From positions 1 to 56,744 of the IMG/VR virus record IMGVR_UViG_3300042808_000057: a DNA stretch of 56,744 nt. One strand, written 5' to 3'. Under the pieces are notes generated by a model. It worked only from the letters and a program-made list of their open reading frames with translations, ran no database searches and had not been told where the DNA came from. Positions 9,944-18,456 of the stretch are shown in pieces; position 1 is the stretch's first letter, and every line of letters starts with the position of its first letter. This DNA comes from a virus. Taxonomy: Duplodnaviria > Caudoviricetes. A program made the translations under genes and the position numbers.

Positions 9944-10636
9944 ATGGCCTACACGGCGACCAACTGGCTTGAGCTTTCGATGTCTACGGCGCAAAAGCTA
10001 ACTGCCTTGGATAATTTAGAAAGCATGTATTCTCAGGCAGTTTCATATATAGACGCGATTACCCACAGCAGCAGCTACTATACGGATGCCCAGGCAGCCG
10101 CACGCTATTTTTCGGCAGATACGGATGGCTCCGGGACCGGCTTGGTAGCAGCCACATTGGACGGCTCAACCGCCGATGAAATAATAGCAGGCGGCACGCC
10201 ATCAGGATCTATCTGCTGGTGGTCCGGGTCGGATGTTTCCGTTCCTGCCGGGTGGTATGTCTGCAATGGGCTAAACGGCACGCCGGACCTGCGAAATAAA
10301 TTCATTGTCGGTGCGGGAAGCCACTACAGTAAAGGTGATACGGGCGGCGCGAATACCGTCACCACAGAGGCAACGATAACAATAGCGGGGCATAGCCTGA
10401 CTGCGACAGAAATCGCGAAGCACACGCATGGGACGATCACAGATTATTATGCGAGCACTTCGCTAGGATACCATTATGGTGTTGGTGGTTCGTATGTGGA
10501 TTTCTCGGAAGTTCCACGCGATACTGGACCTACGGGATCTGGTAACGCCCATACACACGATGCGACTTATACCGGCACGGGCAGTCAAGCAAAGATACCA
10601 CCATATCTCGCACTTTATTTAATTATGAAGAGCTGA
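9944..10636 (+). CDS. Tail fibre with tail-collar domain, paralog 1
   Basis: GSICWWSG..VPAGWYVCNGLNGTPDLRNKFIVGAG, HxH motifs, C-terminal PPYLALYLIMK. Confidence 0.85.
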   Translation: MAYTATNWLELSMSTAQKLTALDNLESMYSQAVSYIDAITHSSSYYTDAQAAARYFSADTDGSGTGLVAATLDGSTADEIIAGGTPSGSICWWSGSDVSVPAGWYVCNGLNGTPDLRNKFIVGAGSHYSKGDTGGANTVTTEATITIAGHSLTATEIAKHTHGTITDYYASTSLGYHYGVGGSYVDFSEVPRDTGPTGSGNAHTHDATYTGTGSQAKIPPYLALYLIMKS

Positions 10637-10640
10637 TCAC

Positions 10641-11348
10641 ATGACTTACACCAAATTTCATGAGTCTTGGTCAGCTACGGATGAGCTAACCGGCGCGGCT
10701 TTTAATCACATCGAAACGCAATGGACATTGGCAAAAATCGATATCGACGCCCATAACCACGACACCAGATATTACACCAAAACGCTTGCAGACACTACTT
10801 TCTTCAGCACTTCATTCTACACCGGATTCGATGCGGATAAGGTAGACGGTCAGCACCTATCAGATCTGGTAGCGGCGGTAATGCCCATAGGGGCCATCAT
10901 GATATGGTCAGGCACGGACGCGAACGTGCCTACTGGCTGGCATATCGCAGACGGCGGGACATATAGCGGCACGGTGACACCCAATCTACGAGATAGATTT
11001 GTAATAGGCGCGGGCGATACATATGCAGTAAATGCGACATCCGGCCCGGCCAACTGGAACGGCACCATATCACCAACGGGTACGGTCACTGTAGGAGATC
11101 ATACGCTAACCACTGCGGAACTGCCTACACATACTCATGGATTTACTGAATATTATTCACCGCTGGCAGGATATAGCGACAGCGCGTCTCAACCAACAAA
11201 TCGCGTTATTGTGTCCACCCCTCGATCAATCGGGAATCAGGCGGATGGCGACGGATCACATGGTCACACTGGCTCGACCGCGAGCTTTACCGGCATCGAT
11301 CCCAGGTCGACATACTACAGTTTATATTATATTTGCAAGGTGTCATAG
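10641..11348 (+). CDS. Tail fibre with tail-collar domain, paralog 2
   Basis: GAIMIWSG..VPTGWHIADG..TPNLRDRFVIGAG, HTH/HGH motifs, C-terminal YYSLYYICK. Confidence 0.85.
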   Translation: MTYTKFHESWSATDELTGAAFNHIETQWTLAKIDIDAHNHDTRYYTKTLADTTFFSTSFYTGFDADKVDGQHLSDLVAAVMPIGAIMIWSGTDANVPTGWHIADGGTYSGTVTPNLRDRFVIGAGDTYAVNATSGPANWNGTISPTGTVTVGDHTLTTAELPTHTHGFTEYYSPLAGYSDSASQPTNRVIVSTPRSIGNQADGDGSHGHTGSTASFTGIDPRSTYYSLYYICKVS

Positions 11349-12062
11349 ATGGCCTACACAAAAAACGAAGACCCCTGGTCGGCTGAAGATCTAATAACCG
11401 CTGCGATTATGGACAATTTTGAGACAATATATACCGAGTGCTCGACTTACCTATCTACTCATCTGCATGATGATCTCTACCAGACGAAAGCAGAAATGGA
11501 AGCGGCGTATTGGTATGCGGGAAATGATGGCTCAGGCAGCGGTGCAGACGCTGATCTAATCTATAAGGCATCTGGAAATCTACATGCTGCATCTTTTTCA
11601 GGGCTCGGAGTGGATACGGGACTGATCATCCTCTGGTATGGCTCAACTGGCAGCATCCCGGCTGGCTGGCATCTATGCGACGGTACGGGTGGTACGATAG
11701 ACCTGCGGAATCGCTTCCCGGTGGGTGCTGGAAGCACTTATGAGGCGGGAGATACAGGCGGCTCGGCCACATTCGCAGCAGCTGGTAGCATTTCCGTAAG
11801 CGGTCATTCGCTTTCGGTGGCAGAAATGGCGGCACATGTCCACCCGTTCTTGGATTGGACCCCCACCTACCACGCAGCGACAGGAGTATCTCAAAATTGG
11901 ATATGCCAGGGCACCGCGACGACATCAGGCGCCACGGCAAGCGCGGGCAGCGGCGATGCTCACGGTCACAGCACGGCAGAAGGTACACACTTTGATGGAG
12001 ATGCCGTAGCCAGCCTGCCGTTCTGTCTGGCATTATGCTACATACAAAAAATTGCTGCCTAA
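11349..12062 (+). CDS. Tail fibre with tail-collar domain, paralog 3
   Basis: GLIILWYG..IPAGWHLCDGTGGTIDLRNRFPVGAG, C-terminal PFCLALCYIQK. Confidence 0.85.
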   Translation: MAYTKNEDPWSAEDLITAAIMDNFETIYTECSTYLSTHLHDDLYQTKAEMEAAYWYAGNDGSGSGADADLIYKASGNLHAASFSGLGVDTGLIILWYGSTGSIPAGWHLCDGTGGTIDLRNRFPVGAGSTYEAGDTGGSATFAAAGSISVSGHSLSVAEMAAHVHPFLDWTPTYHAATGVSQNWICQGTATTSGATASAGSGDAHGHSTAEGTHFDGDAVASLPFCLALCYIQKIAA

Positions 12063-12069
12063 AAAAGTT

Positions 12070-12402
12070 TTACTTGAAGGCTTTGACCGCCTCAACTTGC
12101 TTATTGAGGCTGTCCACCTTTATGCCCGCCTGCCGGTACTCATGCTGCGCCTTGCGGCCCTCTCTCTCGGCGATATGTAGGGCCGTAAGAAGCTCCCTTG
12201 TGGCCTTCTGGGCCTTTTGGTGCTGGCGGGCTTCTTCTGTTATGCCGTCGAGCCGGGCCTCGTCTAAGGCTCTATTATATGCCTCCTCGCGGGCTTCTAC
12301 AGCAGCTATGCGCTTCTCTTCGGCGGTGTATTGGGCCGTGCCCTTCTCGATCAGGACGTTATAGGCTTCGGCTATCTGGTCTACGATATTGGGCGCAATC
12401 AT
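12070..12402 (-). CDS. Coiled-coil hypothetical protein
   Basis: Ala/Glu/Arg-rich helical ORF coupled to the upstream gene. Confidence 0.65.
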   Translation of the reverse strand: MIAPNIVDQIAEAYNVLIEKGTAQYTAEEKRIAAVEAREEAYNRALDEARLDGITEEARQHQKAQKATRELLTALHIAEREGRKAQHEYRQAGIKVDSLNKQVEAVKAFK

Positions 12403-12863
12403 TAGACCCCCCCAAGATAATTGCCCGTGTTATCGCTATACGTGCCGGTGGTGGCATTGTACCGGGCAGTGTCCGGCAGTAGGTTAGCGTCATTTGTGGT
12501 ATATTTTGCCCCGCCACCGACACCGCCGTCTATCTTATGGATCGGACCGCTGCCAGTTACATTAGCCACGATTAGCGGCTTATTCAGGTCTTGGAAGATG
12601 GGCGGCAAGGTATAGGCGGTATTCTTCGGCAGGTTGCCCCATTTGGCATCGGTGTATCCTACTGAGGCAAGCCAGGTGTTGAGGTCAGCAATCAGGCCAT
12701 TGTACTCAGCCTCTTTTGCCTGATCCGTTTGGCCTAAGATCGCTAAGGCTCCGATGCGATAACCTTCCTGGATGCCCTGATAATAGGCGGTTTCGGTGAA
12801 ATTCATTCCCTGGGTAGTCCCTGCCAGAAAAAGCAGGGCTAGAATTACAAGATAGTGCTTCAT
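12402..12863 (-). CDS. Secreted protein with N-terminal signal peptide
   Basis: MKHYLVILALLFLAGTTQG; sequons NFT, NVT, NAT. Confidence 0.7.
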   Translation of the reverse strand: MKHYLVILALLFLAGTTQGMNFTETAYYQGIQEGYRIGALAILGQTDQAKEAEYNGLIADLNTWLASVGYTDAKWGNLPKNTAYTLPPIFQDLNKPLIVANVTGSGPIHKIDGGVGGGAKYTTNDANLLPDTARYNATTGTYSDNTGNYLGGV

Positions 12864-12994
12864 TCACTTTTCTCCTTATTCTCTCTCACCAATCTTAATA
12901 CGTATTCGGGCCACGTTTCGCCTTTTCTTTTTAGGCTCGCAGCCTCTGCATATTCGTCTGTGTCAAATTTTAATGGCACCGTTCTAACCGGCAT
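12860..12994 (-). CDS. Small RHH-like regulator (44 aa; not in ORF track)
   Basis: MPVRTVPLKFDTDEYAEAASLKRKGETWPEYVLRLV; ATGA overlap with the next gene. Confidence 0.6.
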   Translation of the reverse strand: MPVRTVPLKFDTDEYAEAASLKRKGETWPEYVLRLVRENKEKSE

Positions 12995-13038
12995 GGAATT
13001 ACTACAGTAATAACCACTATATATAGGTGATCCTCTTC

Positions 13039-14628
13039 ATGAAATTACTACCACTCTTAGCCATAACCCTCTTAATCGTTGGGGTCGCATTCGCGGCAGA
13101 ACCGAAGATTAACCCAGGCACTCAGATTAATTGGAATAAAAACATAAGTGCCCACATGCATGGGCTGATAAACGGATCTGGCCAGGATGCCGCCACGTAT
13201 TCGCAATTGGTGGCCGCCAATAGCTCGATGAAGTCTTACGTAGATATTGCTAACAGTTCCATGAAGGATTATGTAGATGCGCTACCCACCGGGGCGTCTA
13301 AGGTGAACATATCAGGCGACACAATGGATGGCGTGCTGAATGTCGTCAACGGCACCGGGCAGGCGGCGGCGAGCTATGCACAACTCCAGCAGCCAGGAAG
13401 TAATATATCATATGGTGGATACGTCCAATCGGGAAGGATCGCACCCACACGAAAGGCGGAGGTTTTTCTTTACACTTTGCCGTGGGTCGGATTGCAGATG
13501 GCGGTTGCAATGCGGACAGATGGATGGCCAATTTCGATCAGTGCCACAAATTCCACTGCGATCCAAGCTGCAATTACGAGCATACACAATTCTGGAGGCG
13601 GGCAAGTTGTCTTGGCATCTCGATTTACCGGAATAGCAACCACGATAAACAGTTATACCGACGTCCAGTTAGTAGGATATGGTATAAGTACTGGACTCGA
13701 AGGTACTGCAAATCCTGTGCTAAAAATTACCGGGTCGAAATCATGGATAAGGTCCGAAATATTGTCGAACATGGCAATAACTGCAACAGCAAACAACGAT
13801 GCGGTTAAGTTAGATCATCCCCTGTGTGGTGATTTAAGCAAATTAAATCTGACTGTCGCGGGGAATGGTTCATGTCTGGATATTCACGCATGGTCGGTTA
13901 GTACCATCAGTGGATGCGGTTTTATGACACAATCTAACAACCGTTCTGGCAATGGACTGAGAATCAGAGGAGACGCCACGCATGGTGCGGTTGGTGTGAA
14001 CATAGTACAAAGTTCATTTTATTATTTGGATAAAGCGATATGGATTGACACCACCACGGCAGCTTGGACACAGGGTTTGTTCCTATCGGGAATTACTGCA
14101 TGTGGCAACAACTATCATATCTGGATAGGGCAAGTGATGGATTTCACCTGCACCAACAGCAATTTAGACGGTGCCGTCATTGAAGCTATCCACATCGAAG
14201 GGGGCTCATATTTCAGATTTTCTCAGTGTTGGATTGATGCGGATTCAGGCAGTGCGATAAATGCCACTAAAATAAACAGTTTTATTTCCGTATTATCGAT
14301 TAACCAGTGTGCAATTCACGCCGACAAAACTGCGCTGATGTCGGCTATATCGGCAGCAGAGGTTAGTCATTTAATGGTGGAAAATTCACTTATTGTGGGA
14401 TATAACGGGATCAATGTCACAAAGGGATATTGTTCCTACATGAGCGTAATCGGAAATAATATGGCCACTTGCCATTATGGGATACGTGTCCCTGCGACAA
14501 ACGGCCTTGCCTTTTCGGTCATTAATAGCAATATGATGTGGGGCGTTGCTATCCCTATTTACAATACCGCAGGGATAGTAGCTAGTCGGGCGTCTGGGAA
14601 TCTAAATTTGACTGATGCCACATGGTAG
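13039..14628 (+). CDS. Right-handed beta-helix spike/adhesin with signal peptide
   Basis: AGGTGA RBS; MKLLPLLAITLLIVGVAFA; TNSTAIQAAI..GGGQVVL pectin-lyase-fold cap; fibre-like repeats DAATYSQL and ANSSMKxYVD. Confidence 0.75.
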   Translation: MKLLPLLAITLLIVGVAFAAEPKINPGTQINWNKNISAHMHGLINGSGQDAATYSQLVAANSSMKSYVDIANSSMKDYVDALPTGASKVNISGDTMDGVLNVVNGTGQAAASYAQLQQPGSNISYGGYVQSGRIAPTRKAEVFLYTLPWVGLQMAVAMRTDGWPISISATNSTAIQAAITSIHNSGGGQVVLASRFTGIATTINSYTDVQLVGYGISTGLEGTANPVLKITGSKSWIRSEILSNMAITATANNDAVKLDHPLCGDLSKLNLTVAGNGSCLDIHAWSVSTISGCGFMTQSNNRSGNGLRIRGDATHGAVGVNIVQSSFYYLDKAIWIDTTTAAWTQGLFLSGITACGNNYHIWIGQVMDFTCTNSNLDGAVIEAIHIEGGSYFRFSQCWIDADSGSAINATKINSFISVLSINQCAIHADKTALMSAISAAEVSHLMVENSLIVGYNGINVTKGYCSYMSVIGNNMATCHYGIRVPATNGLAFSVINSNMMWGVAIPIYNTAGIVASRASGNLNLTDATW

Positions 14629-14643
14629 TCGGCGACCGCCCGA

Positions 14644-15024
14644 TCACCCCCCTCCACGGCTCTTCTGCCCACCACGTCGCAGATAACTCTTAACTGTGCT
14701 CCAGGCATAGCCCGTGGCATTCGCGATGTCCGCAATATTCTTCCCTTCTGCGATCATCGCAGCTATTTTCGCGACCAATTGCGGATCATCTGCGATTCTT
14801 GGCCGTTTGATTTCGCCCTCTCGCGAGACAGGCGGCTTATCATTTTTTATGATTTCCTTCTGTGATGTGGCCGTAGGTGTCGGTTTTTCTTCGCGATCTA
14901 AGTAAGCGATCAAGGCCTCGTGTATTAGTTTGCTTTTTCCTCCATGCACGCGACCGAATAGCTTGAGTGCTAATGCTTCCAATCGCGTATTTTCTTCAGG
15001 ATTCAATTCTACACATACTTTCAT
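14644..15024 (-). CDS. Transcriptional regulator with N-terminal RHH-like and C-terminal HTH domains
   Basis: MKVCVEL..KSKLIHEALIAYL and GKNIADIANATGYAWSTVKSYL; the ORF-track start at 15300 is probably over-extended. Confidence 0.7.
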   Translation of the reverse strand: MKVCVELNPEENTRLEALALKLFGRVHGGKSKLIHEALIAYLDREEKPTPTATSQKEIIKNDKPPVSREGEIKRPRIADDPQLVAKIAAMIAEGKNIADIANATGYAWSTVKSYLRRGGQKSRGGG

Positions 15025-15062
15025 GATTGCATATATGCGCGATTGGTAGATATGCTTATTCA

Positions 15063-15092
15063 TTTGCGCAATTGCGCAAAAGGTATATATAT
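15063..15092. promoter_or_regulatory. Perfect 18-bp palindrome next to a BRE/TATA box of a divergent promoter
   Basis: TTTGCGCAATTGCGCAAA at 15063-15080, followed by AGGTATATATAT about 25 nt before ATG 15115. Confidence 0.65.
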
Positions 15093-15114
15093 TAGTGGCT
15101 ACTAATAGGGTAGT

Positions 15115-15465
15115 ATGCAAGAAACTACTAAGACTCGGAGCGTATACAGGTATATCATCGAGGCCGCCGGGTGCCTCGATTTCGCAGACAGCATCGAAGG
15201 TGCAGTGGCAAAGGTGGCCCAAAAAACGTATCTGGAGTGTGAAATTGCTGCCTCCCCCGCCTGGCGGCAATCTAGGCATCCCCACGAGGACGAGGAGCAC
15301 ATTGAGGCTCTCGCCACGGGCGAGAGCCTGAAAGGGTTCGCCTACGAGGCGAACAAATTCCGTTCAGTGGCTAAAGCCGCTGAGATGAATGCGAACGTGG
15401 CCCGGCTGGCCGCCAACGCGACGGGGCAGGCGGTAGGCATTATAAGCCGAAAGAAGGCTGCTTAA
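15115..15465 (+). CDS. Hypothetical protein
   Basis: Leaderless ORF after a TATA box. Confidence 0.65.
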   Translation: MQETTKTRSVYRYIIEAAGCLDFADSIEGAVAKVAQKTYLECEIAASPAWRQSRHPHEDEEHIEALATGESLKGFAYEANKFRSVAKAAEMNANVARLAANATGQAVGIISRKKAA

Positions 15466-15594
15466 TGCCCGCCGCTAAACCTCTTTCCGAGCACGCCGCC
15501 CGGCGGCATGTAGATTTCCGGCCAGACCAAGACGCCAAATGCCAGCGGCTCGCGAAGAAGCGACGGCTATCTGGGGTTTGCCAGCGGGCGGTAG

Positions 15595-16506
15595 ATGAAT
15601 ATGATGGATGAGTATCATATTAAGCAGGCCCATTCTGCTATAGATTCGCTCGCGGCAGAACTTGCGACCGCCAAAAAGGAGCTCGGAGAGCAAAAGGCAC
15701 TGACTTGCGGCAAGCTTCTGCCCGTGGTAGATTACCCGATGGGGCAGGCAATGGCAAGCATGGGCAGCTACCATACGCCGGAAAAGGCCCGAAAAGAGAT
15801 GGATGCTCTTTATCAGAAATGCCTCGCCCTAAAAGAGGCCAACCAGACGGCGATAAAGAACAATCAGGCGGTTTATGATGGTCTTAGGAAACTTATAGCC
15901 GCTATAGGCATCCCATCGAGCTATAATAAAATAGTCAACCGACGATCATATAAGACCGAATCGGTGCCATACGATTGGACAGATGGATTAAGGCGATTGG
16001 TGGCCGTCCATGACGGCTGGCCGGATGTCCAGCGAACTTATGACCAGAAAATAGCAGAAATCACAAAATGGGAAAAGGAGATCGCGGCCAAAGAAGAGGA
16101 AGAAAAGCGGGCAGCGGAAGCAGAAATCAAGAACGTCGAAAAGATTAAGACTCTCGGAATATTGGCCGATAGATACGGATTGCCATTATCTGCCAATGAT
16201 CATGAGATCTTAGATGCTGTCCTGGCAAAAGACAAGTATCTCGATTTGGGCCATAGCCTGATGCTGAATAGGCTGGATTGGAATGAAGGGCCGTATCATG
16301 CCCGATGCGGCTTGGATCGCTTCGCAGTTATCTCTGATATCGATCATGCCATATATGCAGAAATTCGCGGCTTAATCGATGATTGGCAGGGAGATGGGCG
16401 GGTTTTCCGGGATGCCGAATATGGATATGATGCGCTTTTCGGTCTTGCTGATCAGGCAATTCTGGCAGATTATAAGAAGCTGACTGAATACATGGAGCTA
16501 GTATGA
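15595..16506 (+). CDS. Hypothetical protein with coiled-coil segment
   Basis: 303-aa ORF coupled to the next gene. Confidence 0.75.
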   Translation: MNMMDEYHIKQAHSAIDSLAAELATAKKELGEQKALTCGKLLPVVDYPMGQAMASMGSYHTPEKARKEMDALYQKCLALKEANQTAIKNNQAVYDGLRKLIAAIGIPSSYNKIVNRRSYKTESVPYDWTDGLRRLVAVHDGWPDVQRTYDQKIAEITKWEKEIAAKEEEEKRAAEAEIKNVEKIKTLGILADRYGLPLSANDHEILDAVLAKDKYLDLGHSLMLNRLDWNEGPYHARCGLDRFAVISDIDHAIYAEIRGLIDDWQGDGRVFRDAEYGYDALFGLADQAILADYKKLTEYMELV

Positions 16507-17252
16507 TCGATAGGATACGGGGCACCCGAACCGATGTGCTCCTACGCCTCCTGGAAGGCCCGCAACCTATCGCCGCCTTGGTGGAGAGGCTGAAGAAAAA
16601 TAAAGCGGGCATCCATCATGAGTTAGCTGCGCTTATCGAGGCGGGCGAGGTGGCCCGGTGCAATGCGAAATATGAATTGTCGCAAGTTGGCAGGATAAAG
16701 GCCCAAATGCTCTGCGACATGCTAGCATGTAGCAAGGTGCTGGATGAGCATAAGGACTTCTGGCAGGGTCACGACCTGAGCGGCATTCCAGGGAGGTTAC
16801 AGGAGCTGTTAGGAGAGTTGACAGGATGCAAACTTATACGAGATTGCCCGGATGCACCGATCGATCATCAGGCGGCGTTTGCCGACGCCATCATGCGAGC
16901 TAAAGAGATCTATGGCCTATCTGGTATCATAGAGCCAGGGTACGCCGAAGCAATCTTGGCCGTCTTGGCACAGGGCGCAGAGGTTAGCCTTATCCTCTCG
17001 GAGTGGGTTATTAGCCAGATAGAGCCCAGGATGCTAGAAAAGGCACTATCTTATGAGAACTTTAGCCTTTATCAGCTAGACGGGCTAAAAGTGGCCTTCA
17101 CGGTCACTGATGAGCTGATCAGTCTTGCATTATACGACCATGTAGGTGTATATGATCCCTGGCAAGATCTGATATGCGAGGGAGATCGGGCGGTTACATG
17201 GGGGAAGGAATTGTTTGAGCATTATAAGGATATGGCGAAGGTGGTTAAGTGA
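16503..17252 (+). CDS. Winged-helix regulator of the methanogen DUF1724 / FilR1-like family, without receiver domain
   Basis: N-terminal ArsR-like wHTH; FWQGHDLSGIP motif; C-terminal FTVTDELISLAL..YD...LICE..AVTWGKELFEHY. Confidence 0.8.
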   Translation: MIDRIRGTRTDVLLRLLEGPQPIAALVERLKKNKAGIHHELAALIEAGEVARCNAKYELSQVGRIKAQMLCDMLACSKVLDEHKDFWQGHDLSGIPGRLQELLGELTGCKLIRDCPDAPIDHQAAFADAIMRAKEIYGLSGIIEPGYAEAILAVLAQGAEVSLILSEWVISQIEPRMLEKALSYENFSLYQLDGLKVAFTVTDELISLALYDHVGVYDPWQDLICEGDRAVTWGKELFEHYKDMAKVVK

Positions 17253-17377
17253 CCGCATATCGATATATTTTGGGCCATTGCGATGAATGTAAGAAAGAAA
17301 TCACTATGGGACAAACAGATTTCTACCATAAGACACTGATATGTTTTGATTGCAGAGATAAGCAATCTAAAAAATAA
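17249..17377 (+). CDS. Small CxxC-CxxC zinc-finger protein (42 aa; not in ORF track)
   Basis: GTGA overlap; HCDECKKEI...LICFDC. Confidence 0.55.
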   Translation: MTAYRYILGHCDECKKEITMGQTDFYHKTLICFDCRDKQSKK

Positions 17378-17395
17378 AATCCCGTCTATGCCGCC

Positions 17396-17962
17396 TTACT
17401 CGCGGCCTCTTCTCGTATTATGCAAGATCCTGATATCTTGCATGGCGGCCCGGAAGACCCCGGACGGCCTAATTTCTGGATGCTCATTGAGGAAGGTGCG
17501 GTCTTCCTCTGATATGGAAATGGTGATTTTTGGGAGGTGTATTGTAGGACAAACATCGATGTTTTGTTTAGCGCATAAATCGCAAAACGCGGCTTGTAGC
17601 TCAGGCGCGGGGCACTCAAACTGCCTCCACTCTTCCGAGTCTTTTATCATAACACTGTATTTATGACAAACGACGTTTCCGGGAACTATCCAAACATGGC
17701 ATAATGACAAAGAATCCTGCTTATCAAATGCCATGAATATAAAATCATCTGCCTCGCCGTTTCCGTTTATGACAAAGTTCCAATACCGAGCACTCGACTT
17801 GCCAGATGGCATCGCCGCTTTTACGTCGATTTTTTCGCCCGTTGGTAAGACAAAATCAAACTTTGGGTTATTTGGTGGCATTCGTGTCCAGTCTGGATGT
17901 GCCGATGCTATGACATTTTCGGCAATCGTTATGCCCAAAAAACCGGGACTGCTTCGCTTCAT
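17396..17962 (-). CDS. PD-(D/E)XK-like endonuclease with C-terminal RHH-like extension
   Basis: NPKFDFVL..KIDVKAA catalytic-like motif, ADDFIFMAFD..HVWIVP, and C-terminal KITISISEEDR..FRAAM. Confidence 0.65.
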   Translation of the reverse strand: MKRSSPGFLGITIAENVIASAHPDWTRMPPNNPKFDFVLPTGEKIDVKAAMPSGKSSARYWNFVINGNGEADDFIFMAFDKQDSLSLCHVWIVPGNVVCHKYSVMIKDSEEWRQFECPAPELQAAFCDLCAKQNIDVCPTIHLPKITISISEEDRTFLNEHPEIRPSGVFRAAMQDIRILHNTRRGRE

Positions 17963-18096
17963 GCTACCACCGGCAGCTTTACATTTTTTCGGCAAGCCGG
18001 GCAGGAAACATAAGCCGGAATTTTCGGCGTGCTTCGCTTCGGGCCTTTATAGTCCCACGCATGTTTGCACCGGGGGCAAAAAGTAGAAATGGGCAT
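17959..18096 (-). CDS. Small zinc-ribbon protein (45 aa; not in ORF track)
   Basis: MPISTFCPRCKHAWDYKG...VSCPACRKNV; ATGA overlap with the nuclease gene. Confidence 0.65.
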   Translation of the reverse strand: MPISTFCPRCKHAWDYKGPKRSTPKIPAYVSCPACRKNVKLPVVA

Positions 18097-18378
18097 TTAT
18101 TGCTTCCCCCATTTTCCTAAGTATTCGTTGTGCTTCCGCACCGATCCCGGATACGGCCCCCATTCGTCTGCTTTCCACGAGGGACATTCGTGATGCACCG
18201 GCACCGACTTGGATCTATAATTGCCGAAGTACACTTGCGTTTCCGGGGTGGCATAGACGGTTTTCTCCTCTGCTAGTATGCAGCCCTCTCCGTTCAGGCC
18301 GCATTTGTCCACCATGCACCGCACACTGCCATCCAGATAATGATAATGGCACTTGATTAATACGTCTCGATTGCTCAT
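18097..18378 (-). CDS. Cys-rich hypothetical protein
   Basis: Leaderless ORF after TTTATATA on the minus strand. Confidence 0.6.
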   Translation of the reverse strand: MSNRDVLIKCHYHYLDGSVRCMVDKCGLNGEGCILAEEKTVYATPETQVYFGNYRSKSVPVHHECPSWKADEWGPYPGSVRKHNEYLGKWGKQ

Positions 18379-18438
18379 AGTCAGTAATAGTAAGTAATAG
18401 TATATAAACTTTGCTCTAAATACCTCTATATAGATTCT

Positions 18439-18453
18439 ACCAACCTACCATAA
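18439..18453 (+). repeat. 15-bp direct repeat, copy 1 (ACCAACCTACCATAA)
   Basis: Exact second copy at 19365-19379. Confidence 0.85.
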
Positions 18454-18456
18454 ACT

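Noticed and set aside
9944-14628. Diversity-generating retroelement or invertible fibre cassette
   Set aside because: No reverse transcriptase, recombinase or near-identical template/variable repeat pair was seen; the fibre paralogs are diverged throughout.
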